Below, piece by piece: positions 29,933-40,683 of a stretch of 64,000 bases of DNA. The notes under the pieces are model-generated. The model did not search any database and was not told the origin of the DNA. It saw only the letters and a program-made list of their open reading frames with translations. The DNA lies in NCBI GenBank assembly GCA_963718615.1, contig OY970368.1, positions 5,088,001 to 5,152,000 of the forward strand, read 5' to 3'. The first letter of the stretch is position 1. Every line of letters begins with the position of its first letter. A program made the translations under genes and the position numbers. Origin of the DNA: an uncultured cyanobacterium. GTDB lineage: Bacteria; Cyanobacteriota; Cyanobacteriia; PCC-9006; JAAUQQ01.

Positions 29933-31432
29933 ATGGTTTTTATCCCTACAAAAGAAGCACGCCTCAGTCCTCCCGTCGATTTTTCTCAGTTTTACGAACA
30001 GCTCGAAACCACACTGGCCCAGCAGACTCAACCCTGCCACTGGCTCAGTTTGACGCTGCCACTCCCGCCCCTAGATCCGCTCATGGCACTCCAGCAGATC
30101 GGGGGACTTCGGTCCCAACATTTTTATTGGGAGCAGCCCAGTGCCGAAATTGCAGTGGCAGCGGCGTTTCCTAGTCTATCCATCCAGTTTGAGGGACCTG
30201 AGCGGTTTACCCAAGCCCAAGCCTGGATCAAACGGCGTTTGGCGGAAACGGCGATCGCGGGAGATTTGTCTTTGCCGTTTAGCGGCCCGCATTTTTTTTG
30301 CAGTTTCACATTTTTTGACCAGGTTGCGGCGATCGCGCCTTTTCCCCCCGCCCAACTGCTATTGCCCCAGTGGCAGGTTGCCTGTGGCCCCCAGCGTGAG
30401 GGCGGCCTGCGCCAGGGCAGTTTTGTCACCAATTTGGCACTGCACCATCAGCGATTGGATCCGGTGGCCTGTCGCTGGGTTTGGCAGCAGTATCAAACCC
30501 TGCGTCAGCCCCATCCCCGAGACCGGCTGGCGGCTCGCGCCCCCCATCGCCCAGCAGTCCTGGCTGCAGCTCCCACCCAAACAGACCTCGACGGTGCCCC
30601 ATTTCTTGCCTCGGTGGAGTCGGCCCTAGGGGCAATCGCCCAGGGGCAACTGCACAAAGTCGTCCTCGCCCATACCCTCCGAGTTCAAGCCGCTCGCCCC
30701 CTGTCCATTGCAGCAGCCCTCGCAACCCTACGCCAACGCCATCCCGATTGCTATACCTTTTCCGTCGGTAGCGGCTTGGGACCCGTTTTTCTCGGGGCCA
30801 GTCCAGAACGACTGCTGCGGGTCCATCAACGGCAGCTCCAAACCGAAGCGATCGCCGGATCGGCTCCCCGAGGGGAGAATGCCCAGGCAGACCGGGCGAT
30901 CGCCGAAGCCCTGCGCAACAGTCCCAAGGAGCTCCACGAGCATCAGCTCGTCAGCACTTTCATTGTCAAAACACTCCAGCAGCTGGGCCTCGATCCTCAG
31001 CATCCGCTCTTGCCCAGGGTTTTGTCGCTCACGGGTATCCAACATCTCCAGACCCCGATTCAATGTCGACTCCCGGCCCATATTCATCCCCTGGATGTGT
31101 TGGCGCGGCTTCACCCAACCCCTGCGGTGGCGGGAGTTCCCCAGCAAGTTGCCTGTGAACAAATTCAACAGTGGGAAGGATTTGAGCGATCGCTCTATGC
31201 CGCCCCCCTCGGCTGGATTGATCGTCAAAGCAACTGTGATTTTTGTGTGGGGATTCGCTCAGCCCTCATCGAAGGTCGTCAGGCCCAACTCTTTGCCGGG
31301 GCGGGAATCGTCAGCGGTTCACAGCCCGAACAGGAGCTCGCAGAAATCGTGCTCAAACTCCGTACCTTGCTCGCCGTTCTGACCGGTGAAGGCCCACCGC
31401 CCTATCCGCGCCAGCCGTCTACGCAAACGTGA
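29933..31432 (+). CDS. menF: Isochorismate synthase
   Basis: KVVLA, FLGASPERL, AIAGSAPRG, KELHEH, LHPTPAV, YAAPLGW, IRSA and AGAGIV. Confidence 0.93.
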   Translation: MVFIPTKEARLSPPVDFSQFYEQLETTLAQQTQPCHWLSLTLPLPPLDPLMALQQIGGLRSQHFYWEQPSAEIAVAAAFPSLSIQFEGPERFTQAQAWIKRRLAETAIAGDLSLPFSGPHFFCSFTFFDQVAAIAPFPPAQLLLPQWQVACGPQREGGLRQGSFVTNLALHHQRLDPVACRWVWQQYQTLRQPHPRDRLAARAPHRPAVLAAAPTQTDLDGAPFLASVESALGAIAQGQLHKVVLAHTLRVQAARPLSIAAALATLRQRHPDCYTFSVGSGLGPVFLGASPERLLRVHQRQLQTEAIAGSAPRGENAQADRAIAEALRNSPKELHEHQLVSTFIVKTLQQLGLDPQHPLLPRVLSLTGIQHLQTPIQCRLPAHIHPLDVLARLHPTPAVAGVPQQVACEQIQQWEGFERSLYAAPLGWIDRQSNCDFCVGIRSALIEGRQAQLFAGAGIVSGSQPEQELAEIVLKLRTLLAVLTGEGPPPYPRQPSTQT

Positions 31433-31438
31433 AGCTCG

Positions 31439-31909
31439 TCAACGCCCCAGGCCTTCGTCCGAAAAAGCAGTAGCCGACCAAGCTTCCCGGTTATTGCAAC
31501 TTTCCTCTAAATTGGCATTTTCCAGCTTGGCCCCTTCGAATTGCACATCCCAAAGCAAAGCTCCCCAGAGATTAGCGCCGCGCAAATCGGCTCCTCTGAG
31601 ATCCGCTCCCCGTAAATAGGCCCCCGTCAGATCTGCCCCTCGCAAATCTGCCCCTCGCAAATCTGCCCGCTTGAGATAGGCCCAGCGCAAATTGGCCCCC
31701 TCCAAATTGGCCTGCCTCAAATTTGCATCGGACAGCAGGGCATTTTCCAGATTGGCCCCTTGCAAAGGGCGACCTTGCCAGTTCACCCCTTGGAGGAAAA
31801 CACCTCGGAATGCCATCAATCGGGCTGAAGACGGTCGCGATGGCAGGGACTGAGGGGAAAGAGACCAGGATTCAGACTCGGGCGGTAAGTAGGATTGAGC
31901 ATCAGACAT
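31439..31909 (-). CDS. Pentapeptide repeat protein
   Basis: A(N/D)LxG repeats such as ANLEN, ANLRQ and ADLRG. Confidence 0.8.
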   Translation of the reverse strand: MSDAQSYLPPESESWSLSPQSLPSRPSSARLMAFRGVFLQGVNWQGRPLQGANLENALLSDANLRQANLEGANLRWAYLKRADLRGADLRGADLTGAYLRGADLRGADLRGANLWGALLWDVQFEGAKLENANLEESCNNREAWSATAFSDEGLGR

Positions 31910-32418
31910 CAGGGGCTCTCTCCAAATGGAGATCGAGGGTTCTGTTCTGCCTCTATCTTCCGGAGGTCAGCAGCGTCTCTCCATCAGCCACTTCACCGAT
32001 CCTCCCCGCATCCCACACTGGCAGATACGTAGCATTTAATACATTCATCGATTTTATTAAGAAAAATGTAGGATCAAAGCGATCGCTTTGATGGTTAAAG
32101 CCCCATAGGCATTTTTTCTGAGATCAAAGCCAAAGCCAGACGATAAAGAGTACTCAGCAATACAAAGCGATCGCCAGGTCTCTCTATAAGACCGAGAGAA
32201 CTGAATCCAGAGCGGAATTTTGATTTCCGAATAAACACGTAGACTGGCTTCTTGCTTTTGGGGGCGATCGCCCAAACTTCAGGCTTTCAAGGCTCCATCC
32301 CAATCCCGCCCTCGGGGGTTTATCGAAGAATCGCTTGCGAAAACGAAACTTCATTGCGTTTAATGAAGAGGCATCGAAGGATCGCCTAATACCATTTCTA
32401 TCTCATTGAGGTCAACAT

Positions 32419-32595
32419 ATGCCTTACACCAAGGAAGAAGGGGGATTGCTCAACAACTTTGCAAGAGAACCCAAGGTTTATAAGGCAGAGCCTCCCACAA
32501 CAACCCAAAAACGGAACTATATTATCCTTGGTGTTTTGGCCCTCGCCTTGGTCGCTGGTCTGTTTGCAGTCGCGGTCGCAGCCTCTGCCAGCTAA
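32419..32595 (+). CDS. psb34: Photosystem II assembly factor Psb34 (ssl1498 family), 58 aa; below the ORF-track cutoff
   Basis: Translated by hand: MPYTKEEGGLLNNFAREPKVYKAEPPTTTQKRNYIILGVLALALVAGLFAVAVAASAS; GAGG RBS upstream. Confidence 0.85.
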   Translation: MPYTKEEGGLLNNFAREPKVYKAEPPTTTQKRNYIILGVLALALVAGLFAVAVAASAS

Positions 32596-32623
32596 CGAGC
32601 TCCCTTTAATTCAGCAAGGGATG

Positions 32624-32653
32624 AGCGCATGGCCAATCGGCGTGCGCTTTTTT
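32624..32653 (+). terminator. Rho-independent terminator after psb34
   Basis: AGCGCATGGCC-AATC-GGCGTGCGCT followed by TTTTT. Confidence 0.65.
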
Positions 32654-32705
32654 AGCTAAAGCACTGCGTCAAGTCTGAGCCGGTAATTTGAACCGTGGGG
32701 AATGC

Positions 32706-34994
32706 ATGATGAAGGCCTGGGAATTCTTGCTGCAACGGGAAGGGGACCGCACTTGGCTGCCGCTCGAAGCTCCAACGGTGGAAATTTTGGAGGGGCGATA
32801 TCGCATCGCGGCCAAAACCCCTTGTCCTGATGCAGCGGTAGATATCTATATTGGCTACGTTTCAACCCAGGACATTCCCCCCAAACGACGGGTGCAGCAG
32901 CGATCGCGTCAAACCAATGGCGAGGGTTTGATGGCTGTTTTACCCTTCACGCCCTTTCGCGAGGGGCACTGGGAGCTACGCTGTCGTCCCCATGTCGAAC
33001 CCGGTTCCCTAGAACAGCAATGGTCTGCCACGGTTCAGCTTCAGGTCTTGGCCGAGGAGGCTCCCCAGCCAGGGGATTTATTTGGTTGGGATTTACCCGA
33101 GGGGGGGGAATACCAAACCGCAGAATTTACGACGGCAGAATTTACGACCGCTGAATTTGCGACCGCTGAACCCGCCTTGGTCGGAGAGGACGAACAGACG
33201 GGCGATCGCGACCTTCAAGAACTCGCCGAGCAAATGTCCCAAATCGTGGGGAGTTCGGTTGAGGCTGCCTTCACGGATTTGCTTCCGCCCCCAGCTCAGC
33301 CCATGACTTTGGCCGTGGAGCTTGCCTCGGAAACCTTAACGATTGGGGGCGATCGCAGCACGATTCTCAGCGGTAGCCTCGAAACCCAGCACCAGGCAGC
33401 CGTAGCCTGTCCGCCCTTGGTTTTGGTCGTGGAATTGCGCGATCCTAATACGACAGAGATCTGGGACAGCCAGCGTCAGACCTTTGAGGCAGGGGTCTTG
33501 CCCTATGATTTTACCGTCACCTTAAGCGTCCCCCGTGAATGCGAGAGCCCGCTCTTGCTGGGCACAGCAACCCTTTGGCAGCCGGACAATGGGGAGATGA
33601 AGCCGCTGGCCGCGAGCTCTTTCACTGCGATCGCCTCAGTTGATGCCATTCTCAGCACCGTCCTTGCCCCCTCCCCAGAGACCACCGCCATTGATGGGGT
33701 TCAAGCGCTTCAGCAGACCGCTGCCAGCAACTTTGTCGGCAATAAGCTCGGCCAAGAGACCACCGCCGCGAAGGCAACGCCTCAACTCAATACGGAACTC
33801 CTCAATCTACTGAAGCAAAGCGAATCTCCGCAGCGGTTCTTCCGGCGAGTCCCATCCCAGCAACTGCCCCCGAAGCTAGAGCCTCGTCCGGCCTCATCCG
33901 CAGCGGTTCCATCCCCACGTCCCCTGATTGACCTTCCCAATTTCAGGCCCCCTCAAGCAATCCCACAAGCACAGGACACAGAACCAAACCCTGAAAACCT
34001 CGCAGCGCCCATTACCGAGGCCGACACCAACGAAGGCTTTGAAGCCATTCAGTTTGATGCGATTGAGCTGGATGCGATTCATAGTGGCGCGAATCAGAGC
34101 GAACCAGAGCCAGACGTTTTTGCCATTCCAGAAGAAGCAACCCTAGAAGAACTGGTGGAGCTCTTTGGCGGCACCCCCATGCAAACCCCGCTGGAAACAT
34201 CAGAGGACGCAGGGCTAGAAGATGGGAATCTGACCTTCCTAGACGATGCCTTGGGCCTTGCACCCGCTGTCGAAGCCACGGAATCCGCCGACTCTCTTGA
34301 ACCAATCAAATCCACAGAGATGCCAGGGGATGGTATTTCCCTGGATACCCCTGATAGGGATTTCCCAGACCGTCCAGACTCTTCAGACAGTCCAGACTCT
34401 TCAAACAGCCGAGACTCTTCAGACAGCGCAGACTTTCCAGACAACCCGGATTCATTTCTCAATCGACTGCATCATTTGGTCATTCCCCAACCCGAGGTCC
34501 AAGATCCACCCGCCTTGGCCACGGAAATTGTTGTGGATGATGAGCCTGGGCCATCTCCACGCCTAACCTGGATGCAAAACAGCTTGTCAACGGAGCTAGG
34601 GGCAATCGCCCCAGATATGACCATCCCCCCTCCTGAGCTCCTGGTCCCAGAAGAAGATCTAGTCATGGGCAAACCCCTGCGGATTCGGCTGCGCGTTGCC
34701 CAACAGCCCCCTCAGCTCTGTGCTCGGCTGTGGTTATTAGATTGTCAATCGCGAACCCTTTTGAGCGAGCCTCAATGGGTCATGGCGTTCTTGCCCTCGT
34801 CTGATGAGCTAATGGAAGCCACCGTCGATTTGCATGTGCCCCTGGGTTCGATTGAGTTGCAAATTGAGGCGATCGCCGTTGACCCCGCCAGTCAGCGGGA
34901 AAGTCGCAAGGTCTCGGTTCGCCGCAATATCGTGGTTCCCGAAGAACAGCAGCTTCCCGACGAAGAGCCCCGGTTTAATCCTTGGATGACCTAA
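32706..34994 (+). CDS. Conserved cyanobacterial hypothetical protein with acidic low-complexity middle
   Basis: N-terminal WEFLLQREGDRTWLPLE..EILEGRYR and C-terminal LWLLDCQSR..EAIAVD..RESRKV; internal AEFTT and PDSSDS tandem repeats. Confidence 0.75.
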   Translation: MMKAWEFLLQREGDRTWLPLEAPTVEILEGRYRIAAKTPCPDAAVDIYIGYVSTQDIPPKRRVQQRSRQTNGEGLMAVLPFTPFREGHWELRCRPHVEPGSLEQQWSATVQLQVLAEEAPQPGDLFGWDLPEGGEYQTAEFTTAEFTTAEFATAEPALVGEDEQTGDRDLQELAEQMSQIVGSSVEAAFTDLLPPPAQPMTLAVELASETLTIGGDRSTILSGSLETQHQAAVACPPLVLVVELRDPNTTEIWDSQRQTFEAGVLPYDFTVTLSVPRECESPLLLGTATLWQPDNGEMKPLAASSFTAIASVDAILSTVLAPSPETTAIDGVQALQQTAASNFVGNKLGQETTAAKATPQLNTELLNLLKQSESPQRFFRRVPSQQLPPKLEPRPASSAAVPSPRPLIDLPNFRPPQAIPQAQDTEPNPENLAAPITEADTNEGFEAIQFDAIELDAIHSGANQSEPEPDVFAIPEEATLEELVELFGGTPMQTPLETSEDAGLEDGNLTFLDDALGLAPAVEATESADSLEPIKSTEMPGDGISLDTPDRDFPDRPDSSDSPDSSNSRDSSDSADFPDNPDSFLNRLHHLVIPQPEVQDPPALATEIVVDDEPGPSPRLTWMQNSLSTELGAIAPDMTIPPPELLVPEEDLVMGKPLRIRLRVAQQPPQLCARLWLLDCQSRTLLSEPQWVMAFLPSSDELMEATVDLHVPLGSIELQIEAIAVDPASQRESRKVSVRRNIVVPEEQQLPDEEPRFNPWMT

Positions 34995-35249
34995 ATTCAG
35001 TCTGTTATTCACGGCAAGGACTGCGCTGAGCCCTTTGAATAGGCAAAGTCGACCTGGCCCTTAGGCAGGAGGCCGCGACTTGGGGCTTTCTGGTTACGGG
35101 GGCTGGGATCCTTGAGCTGGCTTTTTGAGCTGGCTTTTTGAGGTGTCAGCCTGCCTGTGCCAATCCTGCCGTCTGTCTCAGTGCTATCACCGTCAGAGAA
35201 AAATGTTGGTAGTCTTGGAAGCGTTGGATAAGTCTAGGGTCTTTCGAGA

Positions 35250-36473
35250 ATGGCCAGTGTAATTTTTGTTCATGGAACTGGTGGTCGAAAAGAAGCCTAT
35301 GCCATGACGCTTCAGCAAATTCAAGCGGAACTTGGCAAGCATTGTCCGAACGTCGAGCTTGTTCCTTGTTTGTGGGGAGATGATTGGGGCGCAAAGCTCA
35401 ACGCTGGGGGAGTCTCGATTCCTGAGTATCAAAATAGTCAAGGCGGCAAACAATCCACGCCGGAAGAAACTGCAATTCAACTGTGGGCCTCTCTCTACGA
35501 GGATCCCCTCTACGAGATACGTCTGTTGGGTTTAAGACCGCTTCAGGATGAAACAGACGTCATCCTGCCAGGAAGCCAATCCCCCCGCCAGACACTAGAA
35601 GCCCGAGTCGAAGCCTTGCCGACTTCAGCAAACCTCCGAGCCGAGTTAGAACGCTTAGAAATTGCGGCAGTCCTAGACGATGCTTGCACTGTAGTCGTAG
35701 GACCCCAATCTAAGTCCTTTGAACGGCTGTTAGACACAGCTCCCAGCAACTTGGATGATGACTACGCGGCGATCGCCCGTGCCATCGTTGCCCAGTCCAG
35801 ATTGCTCTGTAAAGAGCGAGGCATCTATCCCTATTTGCTCATCAACCCCCGATTGAGGGATGAAGCTGTAGAAGCGATTCGGCTAGAACTTTCCCAAGGG
35901 GAGATTTCTATGGGGGGTCCATTACGCTGGATCAAAGACCAGGTCATGGATACGGTCATGAGTGTGGGGACCAATGCTGTAAGGCGGAGACGAGGGGCTA
36001 TTTCAGATGCTACCTATCCTTTTGCAGGTGATATTTTGGTGTACCAGGCCCAGGGCGATCGCATTCGTGCATTTATCCGCAGCCAAATTGAGAGCGAGAA
36101 GGTCAAACCTCCGGTCTATTTGCTGGCCCATAGCCTTGGCGGGATTGCTTGCGTAGACCTCTTGATCGAACAAGACCTATCACAGAAGGTCCAAGGGTTG
36201 ATCACGGTGGGGTCTCAGGCTCCCTTTTTCTATGAAATCGGGGCGCTCCAAACCTTACCCTTCGGCCAACCTCTACCGGAACATTTTCCCAAGCAGTGGC
36301 TCAATATCTACGACCCCCGAGATTTTCTCAGCTATGTGGGTGATCAAGTGGGTTTGTTTTCAGGAGCGGTAAAAGATGTCGCTGTAGATAATCAACAGCC
36401 CTTTCCCGAGGCTCATAGTGCCTACTGGGCAACGGAGGAGACCTGGAAGGCCATTGCGGAGGTTTTAGGATGA
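35250..36473 (+). CDS. Alpha/beta hydrolase (lipase-like), first gene of the conflict operon
   Basis: VIFVHGTG, nucleophile elbow AHSLGG, LITVGSQ, NIYDPRDFLS and AHSAYW. Confidence 0.85.
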   Translation: MASVIFVHGTGGRKEAYAMTLQQIQAELGKHCPNVELVPCLWGDDWGAKLNAGGVSIPEYQNSQGGKQSTPEETAIQLWASLYEDPLYEIRLLGLRPLQDETDVILPGSQSPRQTLEARVEALPTSANLRAELERLEIAAVLDDACTVVVGPQSKSFERLLDTAPSNLDDDYAAIARAIVAQSRLLCKERGIYPYLLINPRLRDEAVEAIRLELSQGEISMGGPLRWIKDQVMDTVMSVGTNAVRRRRGAISDATYPFAGDILVYQAQGDRIRAFIRSQIESEKVKPPVYLLAHSLGGIACVDLLIEQDLSQKVQGLITVGSQAPFFYEIGALQTLPFGQPLPEHFPKQWLNIYDPRDFLSYVGDQVGLFSGAVKDVAVDNQQPFPEAHSAYWATEETWKAIAEVLG

Positions 36474-37600
36474 CAGTGGAGGCGGTTAGTCCGGAGAAAG
36501 TCTATGGGCTCGTGGTTGGCATTGAACGCTATGCTGCTGGCCCAGAGTGGGATCTGAATGGGCCTGCCCGTGATGCTCTCAAGTTTGCGTCCTGGCTGCT
36601 CAAACGGGGTGTCGAGCCAGACAATATCAGTCTTTTTCTTTCTCCCCTTGACCAGAAGATGGAGCTGCTGGACGAAGCTAAGGAAAAAGAACTGGTTCCC
36701 CACGAGGCTTTTCTCAACAGAATTCATGATGTAGTGTACGACTTGCAGAACAAAGCAGAGACCGGCAAATTGCTCTACGTGTTTTGGGCTGGTCATGGTT
36801 TTATCACAACGGTCGAGCAACAAACACGGCATTTGTTTTGCGCAGATACCGATCTCAAGACACGCCGAAACTTAGATTTTGACTCTCTTCTCCTGGCGTT
36901 GAAGACTTCAACTCGGAGTACGGTCTTTGCTAAGCAGGTGTTCTTTATTGACGCCTGTGCAAACTCAATCTTTCAAAATTTTTATACAACCATTTCTGCT
37001 AAACAGTCTGCGCTGAGACTTGCGACTAACGGAGAACAAAGGAAGTCTGAGCAATTTTGCTTCTTTGCTGCGGCTGAGTATGAGATAGCGATCAATGATG
37101 CTAAGGCAGGTACGGGGCAATTCTCACAAGCTGTGTTGGCTGAGTTGAAGGATCTGCCTTTGTTTTCAGACATGAAGACGCTGGCCGAAAGCATTAAGTC
37201 TCGGAGTCGTGCAGAGGGACAGAAAGAGCTTGTTTATCGATATTTTCAGATAGGGGCAGATCAAGAAGTAGAAGATAAAATTGAGCGCGAAGAAATAATG
37301 ACTGGGACGAACTCTACACCTCAGCCTGTTGCACCGATCACGTTGTCTCCTAGACAAATGCAATTGCTTCAAGAAGCTTTGTTAAGTGCCTTTCCTCAGC
37401 CAGCAGACCTAGAAATGCTGGTGAAATTCTACTTAGAGAAAGATCTAAGTCATATTTCTATGGCAGAAACCATGACCGCAAGAGTTTTTCAATTACTGAG
37501 ATGGGTAAATGCCCAAAGTCTTATAGCTGATTTGCTCAATGGGGCCTTAGAGATGAATCCTAATAATCCTAAACTCTTGGATTTTATGAAATTACTGTAG
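36470..37600 (+). CDS. Caspase-like (C14) peptidase with C-terminal EAD1 domain
   Basis: GLVVGIERY..L.GP..DA; catalytic WAGHG and IDAC; C-terminal LQEALLSAFP..DLEMLV..L.KDL..VFQLLRW..NPNNPKL. ATGA-coupled to the hydrolase gene. Confidence 0.85.
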   Translation: MTVEAVSPEKVYGLVVGIERYAAGPEWDLNGPARDALKFASWLLKRGVEPDNISLFLSPLDQKMELLDEAKEKELVPHEAFLNRIHDVVYDLQNKAETGKLLYVFWAGHGFITTVEQQTRHLFCADTDLKTRRNLDFDSLLLALKTSTRSTVFAKQVFFIDACANSIFQNFYTTISAKQSALRLATNGEQRKSEQFCFFAAAEYEIAINDAKAGTGQFSQAVLAELKDLPLFSDMKTLAESIKSRSRAEGQKELVYRYFQIGADQEVEDKIEREEIMTGTNSTPQPVAPITLSPRQMQLLQEALLSAFPQPADLEMLVKFYLEKDLSHISMAETMTARVFQLLRWVNAQSLIADLLNGALEMNPNNPKLLDFMKLL

Positions 37601-37612
37601 TCTTGAGTATAA

Positions 37613-39265
37613 ATGAGACCACTAGAACTTACGCCAGGACAAATTCAGTCTCTTTGTAATGCGATAGAGGCTTCCGTTCCTAATCGAGATGATTTGGAAA
37701 GAATCGTTTATTTTTGTTTGGAAAAAGATTTATTTAGTATTGTTGAACAGGGAAACTATCCGACTGTTATCTTTAAATTAGTTCGATGGTCGAAAGGTCA
37801 AGATAATCTATGTAAACTTGTTGAAAAAGTCTGCTATGAAAATCCAGGAAATCCAGAACTGCAAAGATTTTTGTCAGATTATTGGCTCTCTTTTTTGAAT
37901 TTTTCTAAGTCTCAGCTTTTAGATGAGCAGCAAAATACTCTTATTGAATGTCTAAGAAAAATTGAAGATTTTGAAGAAATTGTCATTCCAGCTTTCAAAA
38001 AAACGCTGCCTGGAGTGCCTGACCATCATAAAGAGCTTTTGACTCGATTAGTTGATTCTCGATGGAGCCCCATATTAAAATGGGGATGGATCTTAGATAT
38101 TTTTCTAGAAGAATACGCAGGTAAGCAGTCTGATGGCTGCTTATACATTGTCAATTTTGTAAGAAATCTCTCAGAACGTGCAACTGATGAAAACTTTAGC
38201 TTGCAGGAATGGCTTTCAGGCCTACCTCCTAATTTGCAGCCCAGTTCGCGAAAAAAGCTATCAGGTGATATGCAGTTTCAAGAATTGAAGGCAGAATTTT
38301 TGATTACTGTTGAATACCCTGATGCAACATCTGAGACAGAAAATGCTAGTTTTAGCGTTAAAGGATATCTAGTGACTTTCTTTGGCGATCGCCATCGGAA
38401 GCCTAAAATTCAAAAAATACCTCTATCAATAGAAGATACGGGAGCTGAGGGGAAGCAAGAGTCAGAACGTATAGATGATGTAACGAATCGTTCAGCTAAA
38501 ATTAAAGATATACAAGATATTAAAGAGAAACTGCCCGACTGGGTGAAAGAAGTCGAATCTCTTGCAAGAGAAGAGTGTTTAAATGCAAAAACTGATTATG
38601 ACTTAGAAAATGAGCCAATCTATGACCTGACAGTTGAATTTTGGTTACCTTTTGAACATCTTTTGGCAAAAGTTGAGTCTTGGGAAATCTATAAACTTGC
38701 ATCTCGCCGTAACCGTCATACAGCCCCTGCGAAAACTTGTCTGAGTAGAAGACATGGTGTTTTAGTACGTTCCTACGATCGCTTTGAAGACATTGCCGCC
38801 TTGAATGTTCTTCGACGATCTTGGGATCACTTGTCCAGCTTATCCCAGGACAACACGTCAGACTCTGTATCAACCTGTGGTAGGGTTCATCTCGAAACTT
38901 GGGAGCATTGGGCTTCCATTCGACAACAACTCTCTACTCATTTTTATTGGGGGGTAATGTTCTCCTGCCCCCTGTGTTTGGGAGAGGGGTTGCAGAAGTG
39001 GGAAAACTTGTTTGACACTATGTTAGAACGAGGTATTCCTATCGCGCTTTGGTCCAGAAATACAGGTCTTGTAAATCTGAAGATGGAATTGGACGCTCTC
39101 TGGACGTTGAGTGAGCCATATGAAGTCCTTGGGAAAGTTAGGGAAAAGCGCCAGCAGGCCGATGAAGCACAACATCTGGGTCATCATCTGGCAATCTGGT
39201 GTGATGAGCCTCAGCCATTTATAGAACTCAAAGAATTTTTAAGAGAGGGGAGACTGAGAGCATGA
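37613..39265 (+). CDS. VMAP (vWA-MoxR-associated protein) with N-terminal EAD1
   Basis: N-terminal EAD1 (IFKLVRW..ENPGNPEL); VMAP-C-like motifs VEFWLP..LL..VESW, VLVRSYDR, GIPIALWSR and LGHHLAIWCDEP; directly precedes MoxR. Confidence 0.8.
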   Translation: MRPLELTPGQIQSLCNAIEASVPNRDDLERIVYFCLEKDLFSIVEQGNYPTVIFKLVRWSKGQDNLCKLVEKVCYENPGNPELQRFLSDYWLSFLNFSKSQLLDEQQNTLIECLRKIEDFEEIVIPAFKKTLPGVPDHHKELLTRLVDSRWSPILKWGWILDIFLEEYAGKQSDGCLYIVNFVRNLSERATDENFSLQEWLSGLPPNLQPSSRKKLSGDMQFQELKAEFLITVEYPDATSETENASFSVKGYLVTFFGDRHRKPKIQKIPLSIEDTGAEGKQESERIDDVTNRSAKIKDIQDIKEKLPDWVKEVESLAREECLNAKTDYDLENEPIYDLTVEFWLPFEHLLAKVESWEIYKLASRRNRHTAPAKTCLSRRHGVLVRSYDRFEDIAALNVLRRSWDHLSSLSQDNTSDSVSTCGRVHLETWEHWASIRQQLSTHFYWGVMFSCPLCLGEGLQKWENLFDTMLERGIPIALWSRNTGLVNLKMELDALWTLSEPYEVLGKVREKRQQADEAQHLGHHLAIWCDEPQPFIELKEFLREGRLRA

Positions 39266-39922
39266 GTCAGCAGCAGACCACATGGCAAGTGTTTCGAGGG
39301 GATCATACCCCCGATGGCGATCGCATCAAACAGCTTCCTCCAGCACCTCCCTGGCGTCAGTTTCGTGCCCAGCAAACGCCCACCACTGATCCAGAACTGA
39401 TAAAGAAACAGAAGTCCTATGATGACTTTCTTGCAAAGTATTGGAATTCCCTGCAGGAAAAAGCCGCTGAAGAAAGTAATGCCCGCGATCGCCTCCGAGG
39501 TGAGAGTTTTCGCATTCGTCAAGATCAAGACCGGGTCATTCAAGCGGTCAATGCAGCTTTATCCCTACGACGCCCTCTCCTCATTACAGGCAAACCGGGT
39601 TCTGGCAAAACGACATTAGCCTATGCCGTGGCCCATGAATTGCAGCTGGGTCCTGTGCTGATGTGGCCGATCACAGCTCGGACAACCCTAGAAGCCGGTC
39701 TTTATCGCTATGATGCCATCGCCCGCCTGCAAGATGCCCAGCTTCGAAAACAGCAGAAGGAACTGGGTCAGGCTGTGAGTGTTGAGCGTAATATCGGGGA
39801 CTACATGCAGCTCGGGCCTTTAGGGACCGCTTTCGGTAGTGCCTTTAGCTGGGGGATGAGTATGGTGTGGCCATTAGAGAAAGAAAAAGCAAACTGGGTA
39901 AGACCCTTCTGTGCCAATTGCG

Positions 39923-40234
39923 ATGACTCAAGAGCTGCTTCATTGTCCTAACTGTCTATCTGAAGATATCAGCCGTAACGGCTTCAACGATCGCGGTACT
40001 CAAAGCTATAAATGTCGAGATTGCCATCGCCGGTTTGTCCTGACTCCGAAATCCCTTCCCTTGAGCGATGAAGAGATAGCCTTGCTCGAACGTTTATTGC
40101 TTGAAAGGCTAGCCATCGCTGGAATTGCTCGGGTGATGCAGCGCTCCGAGAGCTGCATTCAGACCTACGTCAACGCCAAAGCTAAAACCGTTGCTCGGGA
40201 GGTGGAAGTGACGAAGAAAGTAAAAAAGCTCTGA
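39923..40234 (+). CDS. insA: IS1 InsA (zinc finger + HTH)
   Basis: CPNC..RNG..Q.YKCRDC.RRF and IAGIARV; ends in A-AAA-AAG slippery site at 40222-40228. Confidence 0.85.
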   Translation: MTQELLHCPNCLSEDISRNGFNDRGTQSYKCRDCHRRFVLTPKSLPLSDEEIALLERLLLERLAIAGIARVMQRSESCIQTYVNAKAKTVAREVEVTKKVKKL

Positions 40235-40683
40235 CGGTCCAGATGGACGAACTCTGGTCGTTCGTGGACCATAAAGGAAATAAACAGTGGGTTTGGATTG
40301 CTCTAGATGCGGACACTCGCGAAATCATTGGCCTTTATATCGGGGACCGAAGTGCTAAATCTGCCGAAGCTTTATGGCGGTCTCTACCGGGAGTGTACCG
40401 CCAATGTGCAGTCATCTACACCGATTATTGGGAGAGCTATGCCTGTGTGCTTCCTAGCCAACGCCACCGAGCGGTTGGGAAAGAAAGCGGGCTGACGAGC
40501 TACATCGAGAGGTTCAACTGCACCCTGCGGCAAAGGGTGTCGCGCTTGGTCCGAAAGGCGCTCTCGTTTTCAAAGAAACAAGAGAACCACGAGGCTGCGA
40601 TCTGGAATTTCGTTCACCATTACAACCAGCAATTGCGCCTTAAGCAGGCTCATACCGCTTCATTCTCTCCAGCACCCACATAA
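40222..40683 (+). CDS. insB: IS1 InsB DDE domain, reached by -1 frameshift
   Basis: The -1 frame reads KKALTVQMDELWSFV..YTDYW..IERFNCTLRQRVSRLVRK. Confidence 0.85.
   Translation, partial: KKALTVQMDELWSFVDHKGNKQWVWIALDADTREIIGLYIGDRSAKSAEALWRSLPGVYRQCAVIYTDYWESYACVLPSQRHRAVGKESGLTSYIERFNCTLRQRVSRLVRKALSFSKKQENHEAAIWNFVHHYNQQLRLKQAHTASFSPAPT

Noticed and set aside
31910-32400. Long intergenic region as a possible sRNA or small-ORF locus
   Set aside because: Only HIP1-centred palindromes and unconvincing ORFs; no supported structure.
32459-32659. 66-aa ORF from the track
   Set aside because: Out-of-frame overlap of the real 58-aa psb34 gene (32419-32595).
39262-39951. 229-aa ORF as a complete protein
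   Set aside because: Its C-terminus (GSAFSWGMSM...) is read-through into IS1; it is the 5' half of moxR.
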